Shown: positions 25,603 to 38,943 of the stretch, piece after piece
How the letters are laid out: each line of letters opens with the position of its first letter
Numbering within the stretch: position 1 is the stretch's first letter
Origin: Eledone cirrhosa
Taxonomy: Eukaryota
DNA length: 64,000 bases
Reading direction: 5' to 3'
Assembly (NCBI GenBank): GCA_964016885.1
Contig: OZ024743.1
Coordinates: 9,610,001 to 9,674,000, forward strand
Program-made: the position numbers and the translations under genes
Notes under the pieces: generated by a model
The model's input: the letters and a program-made list of their open reading frames with translations, nothing else
Told to the model about the DNA's origin: nothing
Database searches by the model: none

Positions 25603-26140
25603 TATATTGGTAAACGGAATAGAAAATGTTGACAAATTGTTCACAGTTGAAATATAGTTTAATTAGGAATAAAAGAGTATTAGTAATTTTTTACATTCAC
25701 ATGACCTCTACCGACCAATCAAAATTGTTTTGACCACAAGAATTTTTGCAACACCAAGTAGCGCTGGAGCCACTTTTTTAACATAAAAACAGTCTTGGCG
25801 CAAAATCAATTTTTTACATTCACATGACCTCTACCGACCAATCAAAATTGTTTTGACCACAAGAATTTTTGCAACACCAAAGTAGCGCTGGAGCCACATT
25901 TTAACATAAAAACAGGTAGAATTCCCAAAACTAATCAGATCAGAGCAAACAACACGGACACTCTATCTCAAAATTATTTTTGAAAAGCATTTAGAAATGC
26001 GCAACCGGTAAAAACTTAAAAACTTAAAACCACAACTGAATACTAACCCATACAATTACTAATACTCTTTTATTCCTAATTAAACTATTTTTCAACTGTG
26101 AACAATTTTTCAGCATTTTCTATTCCGTTTACCAATATAT
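25603..26140. repeat. Inverted-repeat element (~85-bp arms) with an internal ~123-bp tandem duplication
   Basis: tattggtaaacggaatagaaaatg...tattagtaatt mirrors aattactaata...ccgtttaccaata. Direct repeat 25686-25792 / 25809-25915. Confidence 0.75.
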
Positions 26141-26312
26141 ATATATATATAGGTTTCATATATATATAATTTCAGAAGACCCCGTAAAGGGTGAAAGAAG
26201 AGATTTGCATAAACTTTAATCTCGTGTTTTAATATATATATATATATATATATTGCGAAGGTGAAACAATTGTTCTTGCTATGGTGAACTAACTGTTGTG
26301 TAACCACTTCTA

Positions 26313-26345
<33 letters not shown>

Positions 26346-26422
26346 GTAATATATATATATGTATATATATATATATGTAATATATATATATATGTAATAT
26401 ATATATATGTATATATATATAT

Positions 26423-27190
26423 GACCGCGGATCCCTATCCCTACTGGACTTCCAACTCAGGGTAACAGAGGCAGGCAACATCCACACCTGCTTCTATAAA
26501 AAAGCCGCCAGCAGGGACCTGTTCGTACATTTCAGATCGGCCCTCCCAGCCGGCGCTAAGTTCGGATACATAAGGAACGAACTAACACGTATCCGGAACA
26601 AATGCACCGAGGCTAGAGACCGAGACACACACACCACACATTTTCTGGAAGTACTCAAACTGAACGGATACACGACATCCACCACAAACTGTGCCAGAAA
26701 GAACAGAGGACACCACACTCGAGGCACTAACACTTGCTTCCTGAAGCTCCCACACTTCAGTGACGAAACAACAACAGCCATCCGCAGAGCTATCAGACGA
26801 GAGGGACTAGATATCCAACTGGCCCACTCAGGTCCTTCTGTACGCGGACAGCTAACCAAAAGACACTCCACCAGGCATGACAACTGCTGCAGGCTAGCCA
26901 ACTGCCCCATCAACGACACAGACCTATGCCACCAGGCTTACGTCGTATACAGACTAGAGTGTGACAAATGCAGCAACTTCTACGTAGGTAGCACCACCAG
27001 ACCACTCCACATAAGATTAAAAGAACACCTCAATACTAACGCTTCCTCATTTAACAAAACCATAACAGTTAGGATAGAAACTAAGGAAAGAAACCTCAGC
27101 AATCTTAGAATTAAGGAAGCACTAATTATAGACAAAACACAACCACCAATCAATAATAGACTAGACCTCAAGACCCAATTTATAACTTGA
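26423..27190 (+). CDS. 5'-truncated PLE RT thumb, Cys-rich linker and GIY-YIG endonuclease (open frame without start codon, absent from the ORF track)
   Basis: Own translation: SLLDFQL...FYKKAASRDLFVHFRSALP...NGY...CRLANCPI...C...VVYRLECDKCSNFYVGSTTRPLHIRLKEH...IKEALII....PPINNR; 255 codons then TGA. Confidence 0.85.
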   Translation, partial: DRGSLSLLDFQLRVTEAGNIHTCFYKKAASRDLFVHFRSALPAGAKFGYIRNELTRIRNKCTEARDRDTHTTHFLEVLKLNGYTTSTTNCARKNRGHHTRGTNTCFLKLPHFSDETTTAIRRAIRREGLDIQLAHSGPSVRGQLTKRHSTRHDNCCRLANCPINDTDLCHQAYVVYRLECDKCSNFYVGSTTRPLHIRLKEHLNTNASSFNKTITVRIETKERNLSNLRIKEALIIDKTQPPINNRLDLKTQFIT

Positions 27191-27730
27191 TAGAACTTCT
27201 AGCCCCATATTTACCCCCCCCCCCCCACACACACACATACACGCACGCACACACACACACGCGCTTACACCTCCACTTATTCTCTCTCACACACACACAA
27301 AGACCAGTTCTAACACGAGATAACATCTATCCCCACATTTACGTATAGACATATCTTCTCACACACACTCACATACTTACACCTTCATGCATTCTCCCAC
27401 ACACTTTAACAGGCATGTACAAAAAGAGACTACTCTTTATCCACCTAACCTTAACTCTTTGACATTAGAGATAGAACAGATACTCTATACCATTTCCTGT
27501 CAGCATGACTTGGCAAGCTATTTAGAACACTGGTTTAACCGCTTTACTTCCCTTATCTCGAAAATTAAGGACATTTAAATAAATCTAAGGTAAAAGACTA
27601 ATTGTCAACAATATCTTTTGCATTTGCATTCTTTATTCTATGTCCATACCTGCATTGTTTTGGCTTTATTATACATATACAAACGTTTATACCTCATTAC
27701 ACAATGCTTCAGGTGAACTATAACCTCCTC

Positions 27731-27848
<118 letters not shown>

Positions 27849-30038
27849 TTATATATATGTATTAGTGAAGAAAAGACCGTACCAAATTACTTTTGAGGGC
27901 TTTCAAACTGACAGGAGGAAAGGGGGATTGTATTCCCAAGTTTCAAATCTCGTCTCAATGATTACAACAGAATAATCTTCACTAAAGACACCCACGTTTC
28001 AGGTGATGGTATTAAATGGATTATGCTTACCATATTTATGTGAATCTTTATACGTTATGTCTGTAACAGGCTTCAATTACGTTTTCTTCCCCTCAAAATA
28101 TGTTTATATCAATTGCGTTTATACAAATAATCTTATATATTTATATATATTTCATATCACATATATCTGATCTCTCTAACATGTCTATCTGTACTCTATT
28201 TACATGAACAGATATTAACTTTAAATCCCATCACGTTGATATATTTGCTGCAATTCTTTCGTTATATTAATCTGCCCACTCTCATCACTGATACCACTCC
28301 TCTACCCTTCTGACACCAGCTCTACATTAACTGCTAATATATAATTTAATTAAATATGTGTTGCTGATATTTGAATCAATATCTATATCAAACTTGACTC
28401 TAAACAGGGGGCCTCCCTCGTGACATTTCCACGTATCCTGAACGCATATGTATATTTACTAATGTCACAAACACCATTTAATCACAACATTAGCCGTATG
28501 GGGATGTATGAAACTGTGCGTTATCTATATTTACAAAGGCATGGCTAATATTAATCTTCATACAGAGAGTACTTCTACTAAATGCATGTTCATTTCACCA
28601 GGTTTCCTTAGCTAATATATCTCGTTAATTCACTATACTATATATACAGGCACTCTCCGATCTACCCTTCTTTGATATTTATGTTTAAGTTTCAAGTATC
28701 ACTGTTTTAGTTTCCTTTTTCCACGCTGAGAATACATTTACAAACATACGTTATTAGTAACATTGTTCTTTTCCTCCTAAAAATAAAAATAGCGAAGAAA
28801 AGAAAAATCCACATTGTATACATTAAAAATGATTTCCATTTTTATTGTTATATAGTTTGTTACTCACATCACTTGTTCTGTCAACATGATGTCTGTTTAG
28901 CTATCGTTAAAATATTTATTTAGCAGCATTTGTTTGTATTTTCGCTATTACAGATTTTTCCTGATACCATTATTGATAGTATCGTTGTATAACCCTTGAC
29001 ACTCCTAGTTTTATAGAACCACAGTGTGAGCCCCATTAACAAAGATATTAATTTTTCCAACTTTTTTCTTGTTCCATTTCTATCAATATAATTCAGTTTC
29101 ATCGCGACTAAAACATTGTTCGGACTCGCTGTAACTGATTATTATCAGCAGTGCGCAAATAGTAACTGCATTGAAGATAATAGCACTTTGCTCATTGACC
29201 ACTAATGAAAAATGTGCTGATTCACTCCATCATATTGACTGTGATGGTACTAAAACTCTAATCTTGGCAACGAACCTAGATACAAAATTCTCTTTCCGAA
29301 TTTATTTCTTTTTATCTTGCTGTTAATTCTGTTTTCCGATGTAAAACTACTTCCCATTTTCATTTCCCTATAATCTAATTTTATTTCGTTCTTTTTAACC
29401 TTCATTTTACTTTCTTGTCTGCAAATACAGTCACCTACACTTATTTCTACTTCTCTTTCTATCCCATGAAATATGTTTATTCTCATATCATTTAATACTT
29501 GTTTGGTTTACCCATTTCTCAACCTATTTTCCCCAACCTCTGTAAACTGTCACACGGCTGGGATTCTGCCAAAGTAGATTCTTCGTTTCTTTGAAATTTA
29601 TTTCTCTCCTTCAAAGATGTAAAACATGCAAAATTGTGTAATATGACTCAGATTTCTTGTCAAAATATAGCTTTTTGCATTATTATATCAGGCTTCAGGA
29701 GTTCATTTATATCCATAACTTTGTCGCTTTAAGATACTTTGTGTTTATTACAAATTTTGAGAAGAGCAATTTCGAAGATATTCACTTCAGCGTGGATGTT
29801 TATTCACATGTTTCCTGTTTGAAATAAGAAAAGAAACATTTTTTTGCTCGTATTAGCTTATTTCCGCAAAGAAAGTGGATATTGTTGTCATCAAATATAG
29901 AAAGTAGACAAGGATAAATATCTTATATATAGAATAAAAACCCTGATAAACATGAAAAATTTCTATAGTTGTAGTTGTAGGCTAACAAGGAGTTTATCAA
30001 AGAAATTGCCTGAATTATGACTGCAAGGGAGGTAGGGC

Positions 30039-30110
<72 letters not shown>

Positions 30111-30399
30111 TGTATAGGAAAAACAAACACTAGGCGTGAAGTATAGAAAAAAGTGAAGAATTTTATCAAAGGTTCATTCTTTAACATATGTTTCAATACA
30201 ATATAAGTCTACATAGTACTGGTTGCATATCAATATTCAATCCGTAAGCGGGGGCCAAGTGCAGTATCTGCAAAAATCTACCAAGAATTTAGGTGCAATG
30301 TATGTAGCCGATGTTTTCTATTAAGAGGTGGATTTATCAACCGTTTGAAATCACACGAGCAAGGGACAATTCGAACCATTTTTTAGATGATTCTACTAC

Positions 30400-30625
30400 C
30401 ACACACTCCACGGTCATTTGCAATGAGTGTGGCTTAATTTATCAGACATCGCAGAATGCATGAAGACTCATTCTAGCCAGGAGACAGATGGCTCAGGTGT
30501 CACATCTGTGCACGTGCCTGCAAAACAAAAACGGGTCTGAAATGTCACTTGCGTACACTTGATCGCACAATGTTCAATGAAGTGATGGCACTCTTCTGAC
30601 AAGAAGTAGGAATCAACAATCAGCA
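30400..30625 (+). mobile_element. RTE-type LINE 3' relic (C2H2 finger)
   Basis: CHICARACKTKTGLKCHLRT at ~30497-30556 resembles the RTE C-terminal zinc finger; very short. Confidence 0.4.
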
Positions 30626-30656
30626 TGTATGCAAGTATTTATGTGTGCATTTCTGC

Positions 30657-30740
<84 letters not shown>

Positions 30741-30745
<5 letters not shown>

Positions 30746-31235
30746 TTAAAACAATGAAATAAGAAATCAAGTCATTAGGGATATACTTCACTGCTTTACG
30801 ATCGTTTCGAGATGGTGATAATACATTGTATCTATACTCAGTTATTGATCTATGTAAGTTTACAAACTATCAGATAGAGTGAATATTTACTTACATGCAT
30901 ATCACCAGCTGTTTTCAAAAGCAATCAAAAGCTTTTGAAAACAGCTGGTGATATGCATGTAAGTAAATATTCTCTCTATCTGATAGTTTGTAAACTTACA
31001 TAGATCAATAACTGAGTATAGATACAATGTATTATCACCATCTCGAAACGATCGTAAAGCAGTGAAGTATATCCCTAATGACTTGATTTTTTATTTCATT
31101 GTTTTAACTTATATCATGACTCTGTTTTCCTTTTAATGTTTTATTGTTTTCTGAGATCTATCTTAGCCTACAACATTTTCAACATATGGATTACATTGAG
31201 TTCTTCATACAGAATAGACCCCACAACTTACAGTG
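30741..31235. repeat. pLTR-type fold-back (~180-bp arms) with decayed long-stem hammerhead and unpaired tail
   Basis: 30741-30921 mirrors 30931-31112; gctt-TTGAAAA-[agctggtgata...tatcaccatct]-c-GAAAC-gatc-GTA-aagc. Confidence 0.8.
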
Positions 31236-31248
31236 GATACCTCTGAGT

Positions 31249-31315
<67 letters not shown>

Positions 31316-31939
31316 GTATATATATATATACATATATATGTATATATATATATATGTGTGTGTGTGTGTGCGTGTGTCTGTCTGTATGTGGGTGTGTATG
31401 AATATGTATGCATATAAGTACATACGTATACCCTTATCTATATGTATATATTTGTTTGCAAATGCACGTGTACATGAGCAATTGGGTATCACTTCGCGTT
31501 GTAATGAACGAAATTTACCCAACATTTAATAGAAATGCGCTTAGATACAGTAAAACACACATTAACCTCCAGAAATATATCATAAGTTCTTCCACCGATA
31601 CCAACCTAACCATCAACTTGATATCAATTTATGAAGCGGATTAAAATATGTCGGTTCGTTCCGTCTCAATCGATTGTACTAAAATATCAATTAATTGCTT
31701 TGGTAATAAATATAATTTTTAGTTTGTTCATCGGAGGAAATGATTTGGCGGTACTTGTTTCGGCTCTTTCCGTTCAAATCCCCTAAGATACATATTGTTT
31801 TACATCATTCAGTTGTATATGAACTAAAAGGATCGATCGACTTTCGTCAAATCGGACCGAGGAAACAATGTTTCTGTTGGTCTTTTCAGTTGCTAGTACA
31901 ATCTATCGGTCGCAACTCCAGGTAGAAGGAGCAACGGGA

Positions 31940-32048
31940 AATAAAGTGTCTTGCTCAAGGACATAACGCATCGCCAGGTCCAGGAATCGAACTCACAGCC
32001 TCAAGATAGTGAATCCAATTCTCTAAGCACTCGTCCACACGCCTTCAG
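31940..32048 (-). mobile_element. Second tRNA-derived SINE family, 5' part; an older, fuller relic at ~41290-41560 (+)
   Basis: Minus strand ...gagttcgattcctgg...gtccttgagcaagacacttt. Confidence 0.65.
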
Positions 32049-32486
32049 TAAGGTAGCAGTAAATTACTGGGATCCATAGAGTAAATTCACTTAATCGCAA
32101 ATTGCTCGTCCTCTGTCTAAATTAGAGACATCTATTTGTTTTGAACCCTCAAAGGTTTGGTTTCATCTTGAGGTTTGGAGATTTTCTCGAATATCACTTT
32201 TAAAATGAAATATTTTCCACCATATACTTCTGATACATATCGGTTAATATAATAAAGGATATGCTTCTGCATAATATATAACTGGATGATTAACTGTTCC
32301 AATTGCAGCTTGTGTTTTACATCATTTACAGTATGTGATTTCTGAAACATTACCCTAAACTGTTTCTATAGATATACACACACACTCACACGCACACACG
32401 CACACGCACACACACACACGCACACACACACACGCACACACACACACTACGCATACACAAACAAACACACACACACACACACATGC

Positions 32487-32522
<36 letters not shown>

Positions 32523-32729
32523 CAGAGAATTACATTTTCTACCCACACGAAATCGTTTCTCTCACTAATTAACGTATAAGTGTGCACTCTGCTTTCCGTT
32601 TTGGTTGCTATCTTAATGATACTGGCTTAATTAAAGCATTGGGTGAACGACACAAGGGTCGGAGATACACTGGTTCTTCTGTTGACATCGTTTCAATATT
32701 ACATATATATTCTAGGGCGGGTAAACTTC

Positions 32730-33461
32730 CCGAGATCCATGGACGAGTTCTCTCCAGCGGTCTCTGTCCCTCATTATCGCTGCCATGTCCTGCTTCTCTA
32801 ACAGACCAGTGTCTGTCCCTCATTATCGCTGCCATGTCCTGCGTTTCTAACAGACCAGTGTCTGTCCTTAGGGCATCAACATACATTAACCTTGATCTTC
32901 CTCTTCCAGTGTGTTCATGTAGGGGCTCCCACAGGAGCACTGAGTGTAATGTCAACTCTGGATGTCGGTGAGCATGTCCAGCTAACCTCAGTCTCCTCTG
33001 TGTCACTTTTGAGCTGACTTTTGGGAGGCTCCCATACAGCTCTGAGTTTTTCATCCTCAGTGTATACTGACTAATGTTCAGAGCCATCCTCAGCATTCTC
33101 GTGTAGCACGCATCCACCATATGAGTAAGTTTCTCGATCAGTGTCCAAATCTCAGACCCGCAAAGCAGCACAGACTCCACTACAGCAATGAAGACCCTGG
33201 TGCCGAGGAGAAAGAACAAAAGGGAGCACGTTAGCTCTGCAGACCCAAAAGTGTGTGCAGCCAGAGAACACCTGAAAGTTACCAAGGACCAATTCTATGC
33301 TGATCCTACGGAGGAGAGGATGGAGACTGTGTAGGTGATGAGGGAAGAACTCTTTACCGCTTACACTGAAGCCAGAGAGGAGGCACTGATAGAGAAGATC
33401 AGAAGTGTGGAAAGAGCGGTTGACAGGTCTGGTTGTAAGGAGAAGTGGATGATCATCAACG

Positions 33462-33462
<1 letters not shown>
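32730..33462 (-). mobile_element. RTE-clade LINE fragment (RT C-terminus, minus) joined to an inverted upstream piece (plus, ~33205-33462)
   Basis: VESVLLCGSEIWTL...RRLRLAGHAHRHPE...VLLWEP...GRGR on minus; EKIRSVERA...WMIIND on plus. Confidence 0.75.
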
Positions 33463-33542
<80 letters not shown>

Positions 33543-33699
33543 AAAATATTTGACGCCGACGGCAGAGCTCAAGCCGTTTCGATGGCTATTTATGGACGAA
33601 ACGGCATGACATCTGCGTCGGGGTCAAACATTTTCCTATTACCCACTCTACTACCAGTACTCTGGTGCGTTATGGTCCATCTGGTTCCTTACCACACCT

Positions 33700-33794
<95 letters not shown>

Positions 33795-33798
<4 letters not shown>

Positions 33799-34311
33799 CT
33801 GCACTTTCTAGCAGCAAGCCTACCCGCCGTAAGCAACCAATCACACGCTTTCTCTCTGGCTGGTACACAACTACATAGCGATCTTAGCCATTTTTGAATC
33901 TAAATTTGGCGCGGTTGGTTCGAGAAATTAAATGTCTGATTCTGAATTTATCTCCTGATGAAACCTAACTCAGGACAAATCCATATTATTTGGATGTCCT
34001 AAATAAGGAAGAAACCATGGTAGAGATATAATTACGGTATGTGCGCATTTCTTCTAGGTTTAATTTTACTACTAATTATGTACGGTTGATAGTATATTTG
34101 ATCGGATTCAGCATGGTGCCGAAATGTTTGATAAATAGTGGAACGGAGCTGCCGCGAAGAGGCTACGATCAATTGTTTGTCAGAGATTTCCCCGTAAGAA
34201 AATTTATTCTTAAAGCTTGCTAGATTTGATTATGTATATGGTTAATTATGCTGATTAGAAGAAGAAATAGTTTATATTTTAATATCTGATTGATTCTATA
34301 GACATGATTTA

Positions 34312-34318
<7 letters not shown>
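33795..34318 (+). mobile_element. Non-coding hammerhead element of the ~600-bp family, near-monomer in (TA)n
   Basis: Collinear with the reverse complement of 57500-58015; no real ORF. Confidence 0.78.
33949..34028 (+). ncRNA. Type I hammerhead ribozyme
   Basis: tatctc-CTGATGA-[...aggaca-atcca/tggat-gtcct...]-GAAAC-catg-GTA-gagata; 6-bp stem I, palindromic stem III (accatggt). Confidence 0.8.
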
Positions 34319-34360
<42 letters not shown>

Positions 34361-34361
<1 letters not shown>

Positions 34362-34820
34362 CAAATAAAATAACAGGAAGCTGGACTAATGTAAATCCTT
34401 GAAAGGTTTATTATACTATGATCATTTCAATGACCGAGTTCCGTATGAACTCGGTGGTATCATCAGGTATTCGAAATATAACAAAGGAATATATGAAATC
34501 CATGGGTCCGAAAATCAGAGACAGAGAGGACTGACCGAGGTGAAAGCAACTAGTTGGTCAGTCGTCCTCTCTGTCTCTGATTTTCGGACACATGGATTTT
34601 ATATATTCCTTTGTTATATTTCGAATACTTGATGATACCACCGGGTTCAAACGGAACCCGGTCATTGAAATGATCATAGTATAATAAACTTTTCAAGCAT
34701 TTACACCAGTCCAGCTTCCTGTTATTTTATTTGTAATAATTAACTCCGTATTAGCCCCACCAACTACACAAACGAAGACGGGTGAACTGCACTACGTTGA
34801 GTACTCTCCATAATATTACA
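34361..34820. repeat. pLTR-type fold-back with a hammerhead in each arm
   Basis: 34361-34536 mirrors 34557-34734; tail beyond; starts at (TA)n. Confidence 0.85.
34413..34470 (-). ncRNA. Type I hammerhead; mirror copy 34625-34682 (+) carries C3U
   Basis: atac-CTGATGA-tacc-accgagttc-atacg-gaactcggt-catt-GAAA-tgatc-ATA-gtat; palindromic stem III (atgatcat). Confidence 0.75.
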
Positions 34821-35161
34821 TCAAGATTGACCATACGGAATGACCAATTCTATCCAGTGGTGAACCAACAAACCTAAATAAATATATATCGAGCCCTCTT
34901 TGGATTCAACAGCTAGATCTGAACCGATCGAGCTGTTGAAACGGCCAGAGCTCAGCCGTCGGGGTCCTAAATTTTTTACACACCCGCGTGCGCCCCCCCC
35001 CCCCCCCCCCCCCAAACACACAGACATACATACACACGCGCGCGCACGCGCACACACATATATATTCGCTTAAGTTTAGTGATTCACCGCTGGATAGAAC
35101 TGGGCATTCCGTATAATCATTTTGCTCAGAATATATAATATATATGTGTGTGTGTGTGTGT

Positions 35162-35210
<49 letters not shown>

Positions 35211-35519
35211 TGTGTGCGCGCGCGTATGCATGGATATATGTATATTTGAGTGTGTATATAATTGTCCAGGTGTCTTATGCAGTCCCTCTCGAAGTGTGGC
35301 TATTTGTACTGGTCTTCCGCCATTGTGCGCGGTTCTTGGCCAACGTTTCTCAAGATCTTGTGTTGGTCTTAATATAATTTCATTTTAGTATTGTGCGATG
35401 TATACTAGCCGCATCATTGACGTTGTCCAGCTGGTAGAAGTAAAGAGCATTTAGGATAACGTTGTCATCCATCCGTGATCTTTGCCTTACCTAACGCCGC
35501 TGCGCTCGCCAGACGACGT

Positions 35520-36410
35520 ACTTGATGAAGAGGGTGTTGAAACGCACTGGATTTCAATATTGGTGGACGTGGTCTTCCAGAATTGTACAATTCTTTCCTA
35601 CGCATACATGTTAATGGTGAGCCGGTGAGTTATCATCGATGAGGTAGCATGTTCTCCGAAGATTAGTCAGAATTCTGCCTATCAAATCACCCATCACGAG
35701 CTCGGCTTTCATAAAGTCTGTGTGAGATGGGTGCCAAGAAAGCTTACCGCAGAGCACAAGCGCAAACGTGTTGGGGTCTGCTAACGTTTACTTGACTTCT
35801 GCAACAATGAAGCCGAAGAGACGTGGGTGCATCACTATGAGCCAGCGTGGAAGAAATTGAAGACTCAATCTTCGGCGACAAAGGGGTGTTAACCATATTT
35901 GGAAAAGGAGTATATATTGGAAGACTACCTAGAAAGGGGGTATACGAACAACAGTGCAAGGTACAGTGGCCAACACTCTGAAGCCACTAATTTGCACCAA
36001 ACACCGACCCCTATTGTGGAAGAAAGTTTTATTGTTGTATGACAATGCACGCCCACATACGGCCGCTCAGACCGTCGAAACCATTAACCAATAGGGATTT
36101 GGGGTGTTGGAACACCCTGTCTACAGCCCGGATATCGCACCGTCAAACCTTCATTTCTTTGGACCACTCAAAGATACTCTACGAGGTCGTCGATTTTCTT
36201 CTGATTTAGAAATACAGGAAGAGGTGCATAAAAGGTTGTGCGACAAAACTTCTTCTTGGAGGGAATACGCAAGCTTGTGGACCGCTGAACCAAGTGCATC
36301 GAAAAGGTAGGAGACTATGTAGAAAAATAACGTTCTTGTTTAACCCCTGCCTTTGTTTAAATACATTGAAAAAAATACAAGAGGAGAGATAAGTTTTGAC
36401 TTTCTCGCGT
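35520..36410 (+). mobile_element. Tc1/mariner transposase relic
   Basis: RWVPRKLT (~35725), LLYDNARPH (~36031), HPVYSPDIAPSNLHFFGPLK (36104 onward); fragmented. Confidence 0.85.
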
Positions 36411-36704
36411 ACATACGTGTGTGTGTTTGTGTGTCCTTTCTCATTTTCATTCTTTGCAATGTAGCTGACCTGTTGTACTGAGAAATTTCATATTCATGTA
36501 TATGTTGATATATGCACGCCTATAATAAATGTACAAATATGTATCCATGAAATACAAGATATATAACTAGCAAACATACCGAAAAGAAAATAGTCAGAAT
36601 ATCTTTCTACGGCATAAATTAAGTCGATGTGTTCTTGCATACGAAATGTAAATGGTTCAATAACTTACAGGGATAGTACATTTTATATTGATTCTTTCTT
36701 TAAA

Positions 36705-36794
<90 letters not shown>

Positions 36795-36809
36795 GATATA
36801 TATATATAT

Positions 36810-37675
36810 AAGGGAGAGGAAGAAAGTGGGGTGAGAGTAGATAGGGAGAAAAGGAGAGGAAGAAAGATGGGTGAGAGTAGAAAGTGACGAAATAGGTAGG
36901 TTGAAGGGAATAACTTATCCAGTTAGTGACGCCCTAGGATAAAGTGGTATCTTGTCTTTAAAGCGTAGAAATATCGTAGACTCCAGTAGACAACTGATGA
37001 GGACCCCCCCCCCTGTTCTTGCTTTCTTCGTATTCCCACTGCATTTTAACTTACCTTAAATAGCAACTACACAGCCATTTCTATTCTCAATATATTTCAT
37101 CATGTTTTTCACTGTGACCATTCTTCTCTCCCCTTCTACCTACCTATTTCGCCACTTTCTACTCTCACCCATCTTTCTTCCCCTCCTCTTCTCCCTATCT
37201 ACTCTTACCCCACTTTCTTCCTCTCCCTTTCTCCCTCTCACTTTCACCCCCTCGACTGACCGTTTAGCAGTTCTCTTCTCACTTACAACTGCTGCGGTCG
37301 GACGTGTGTCTTTTCTCTTGATTACTCGGTCTCGAACTTAAGTTTTATTATCGAGTGATCTTTGATTTCCTAACTATAGTTGCTGGCACATTGCTCGGTT
37401 TGTGTTTTTTATTTTTCGCTGTTTTGTTACTGTTTCTCTTTTCTTCCCCTTTGCTTTCCTTCCCTCTTTCCTTCGTTTTCGCAATAACATCCAGTTATTT
37501 ACGCCCTGGGTTGAAGTGGTATCTTGTCTTTAAAGCGTAGAAATATCCTAGACTCCCAGTAGACAACTGATGAGGAAGCCCCCCTGTTCTTGCTTTCTTC
37601 GTATTTCCACTGCATTTTAACTTACCTTAAATAGCAACTACACAGCCATATCTATTCTCCATATATTTCATCATA
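36810..37675. repeat. pLTR-like unit: short inverted arm plus a direct repeat with ~570-bp spacing, in (TA)n
   Basis: 36810-36910 mirrors ~37130-37240. 36917-37103 repeats at 37488-37672. Contains CTGATGAG but no complete hammerhead. Confidence 0.65.
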
Positions 37676-37722
37676 TATAGTAAAAATAAATTTGAAGACT
37701 AAAATCCATATATATATAAGTG

Positions 37723-37754
<32 letters not shown>

Positions 37755-37944
37755 AGTGTATATATAATCTATATTTATGTATATGTGTATGTGTGTATGT
37801 GTACATGTCAATGTGTCAGTGTATGCGTGTATTTTTATGTTTATATATATATATATATATATATTTAAATATATTTATATATACATATATATACATATAT
37901 ACATATATATACATTTACACTTATATGTACATATATATATATGT

Positions 37945-38037
<93 letters not shown>

Positions 38038-38047
38038 TATGTACATT

Positions 38048-38099
<52 letters not shown>

Positions 38100-38184
38100 A
38101 ATATATATATATATATATATATATATTTCGTTTCTGAATTTGTTAAGCAAGATTCTTTATTTGAAAACGTGTGTTGAAACCGAT

Positions 38185-38856
38185 ATTGTTATGCTTTGGG
38201 AGGGTCATGTTGCCAATAAGAAACACACGCACCAGTTGCTTTCACTCCAATTTATTATAAATGAACACTGGCGAGAGCTTCAAGATAGAAAGGAATCATT
38301 TGTACTCCACCAACATGCTAAAATAGAACATAAGGGTAAATTAGAGAACATAGAAATAAAAATAGAATCTACACACAGAAAAGACGCAATGTTTAGACAA
38401 ATCACAGAGGCAATACACATAAATGAACTCCAACCAAAATTAAATAGAAAACATGAATGGAATAGCAACATCACAACTTACAATTACGGACAAAATGAAA
38501 ACACACACACACATAGAACAAACAACCAACCAGTAACATGTAAATAAACAAATAAATAAACAAATATAAACACACACAGACACCCGGATGTAACACATGC
38601 GCAAACTAAGCACGCAACTCACACAAAAACAAGATGGCGTAGGACAGAACAAAGGAGAGGCACAAAAACAAAGAAAAGAATCCCTAGTCACTGAAGAGGT
38701 CACAGAATGTGTGACGAAAGAACTTTGAGAATATATGAACAACCAACCGGAAATTTATAAATTCTTAAATTTATAAATTTAATTTATAATAACTTGGAGT
38801 GAATCAACTGGTGCGTGTGTTTCTTATTGCCAACATGAGCCTCCCAAAGCATAACA

Positions 38857-38860
<4 letters not shown>
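38185..38860 (+). mobile_element. PLE 3' fragment (GIY-YIG C-terminus, 3' UTR, hammerhead-like motif) with ~55-bp inverted ends
   Basis: EH...LHQHAKIEH...RQITEAIHI....PKLNRKHEWN. 38185-38238 mirrors 38805-38860. tca-CTGAAGA-g-gtcaca-gaatg-tgtgac-GAAA-gaa-CTT-tga at 38688-38728. Confidence 0.82.

Positions 38861-38943
<83 letters not shown>

Noticed and set aside
28000-29600. Host exons or intact LINE ORFs in AT-rich stretches (also 16050-16900, 9050-11650, 40000-42500)
   Set aside because: Only short ORFs and isolated hints such as YLGS or LRKAY; possibly ancient LINE debris but not supportable by eye.
36960-37580. Hammerhead in the 36810 unit (GAAATATCGTA ... CTGATGAG)
   Set aside because: The motif halves are present, but I could not build paired stems I and II in any topology.
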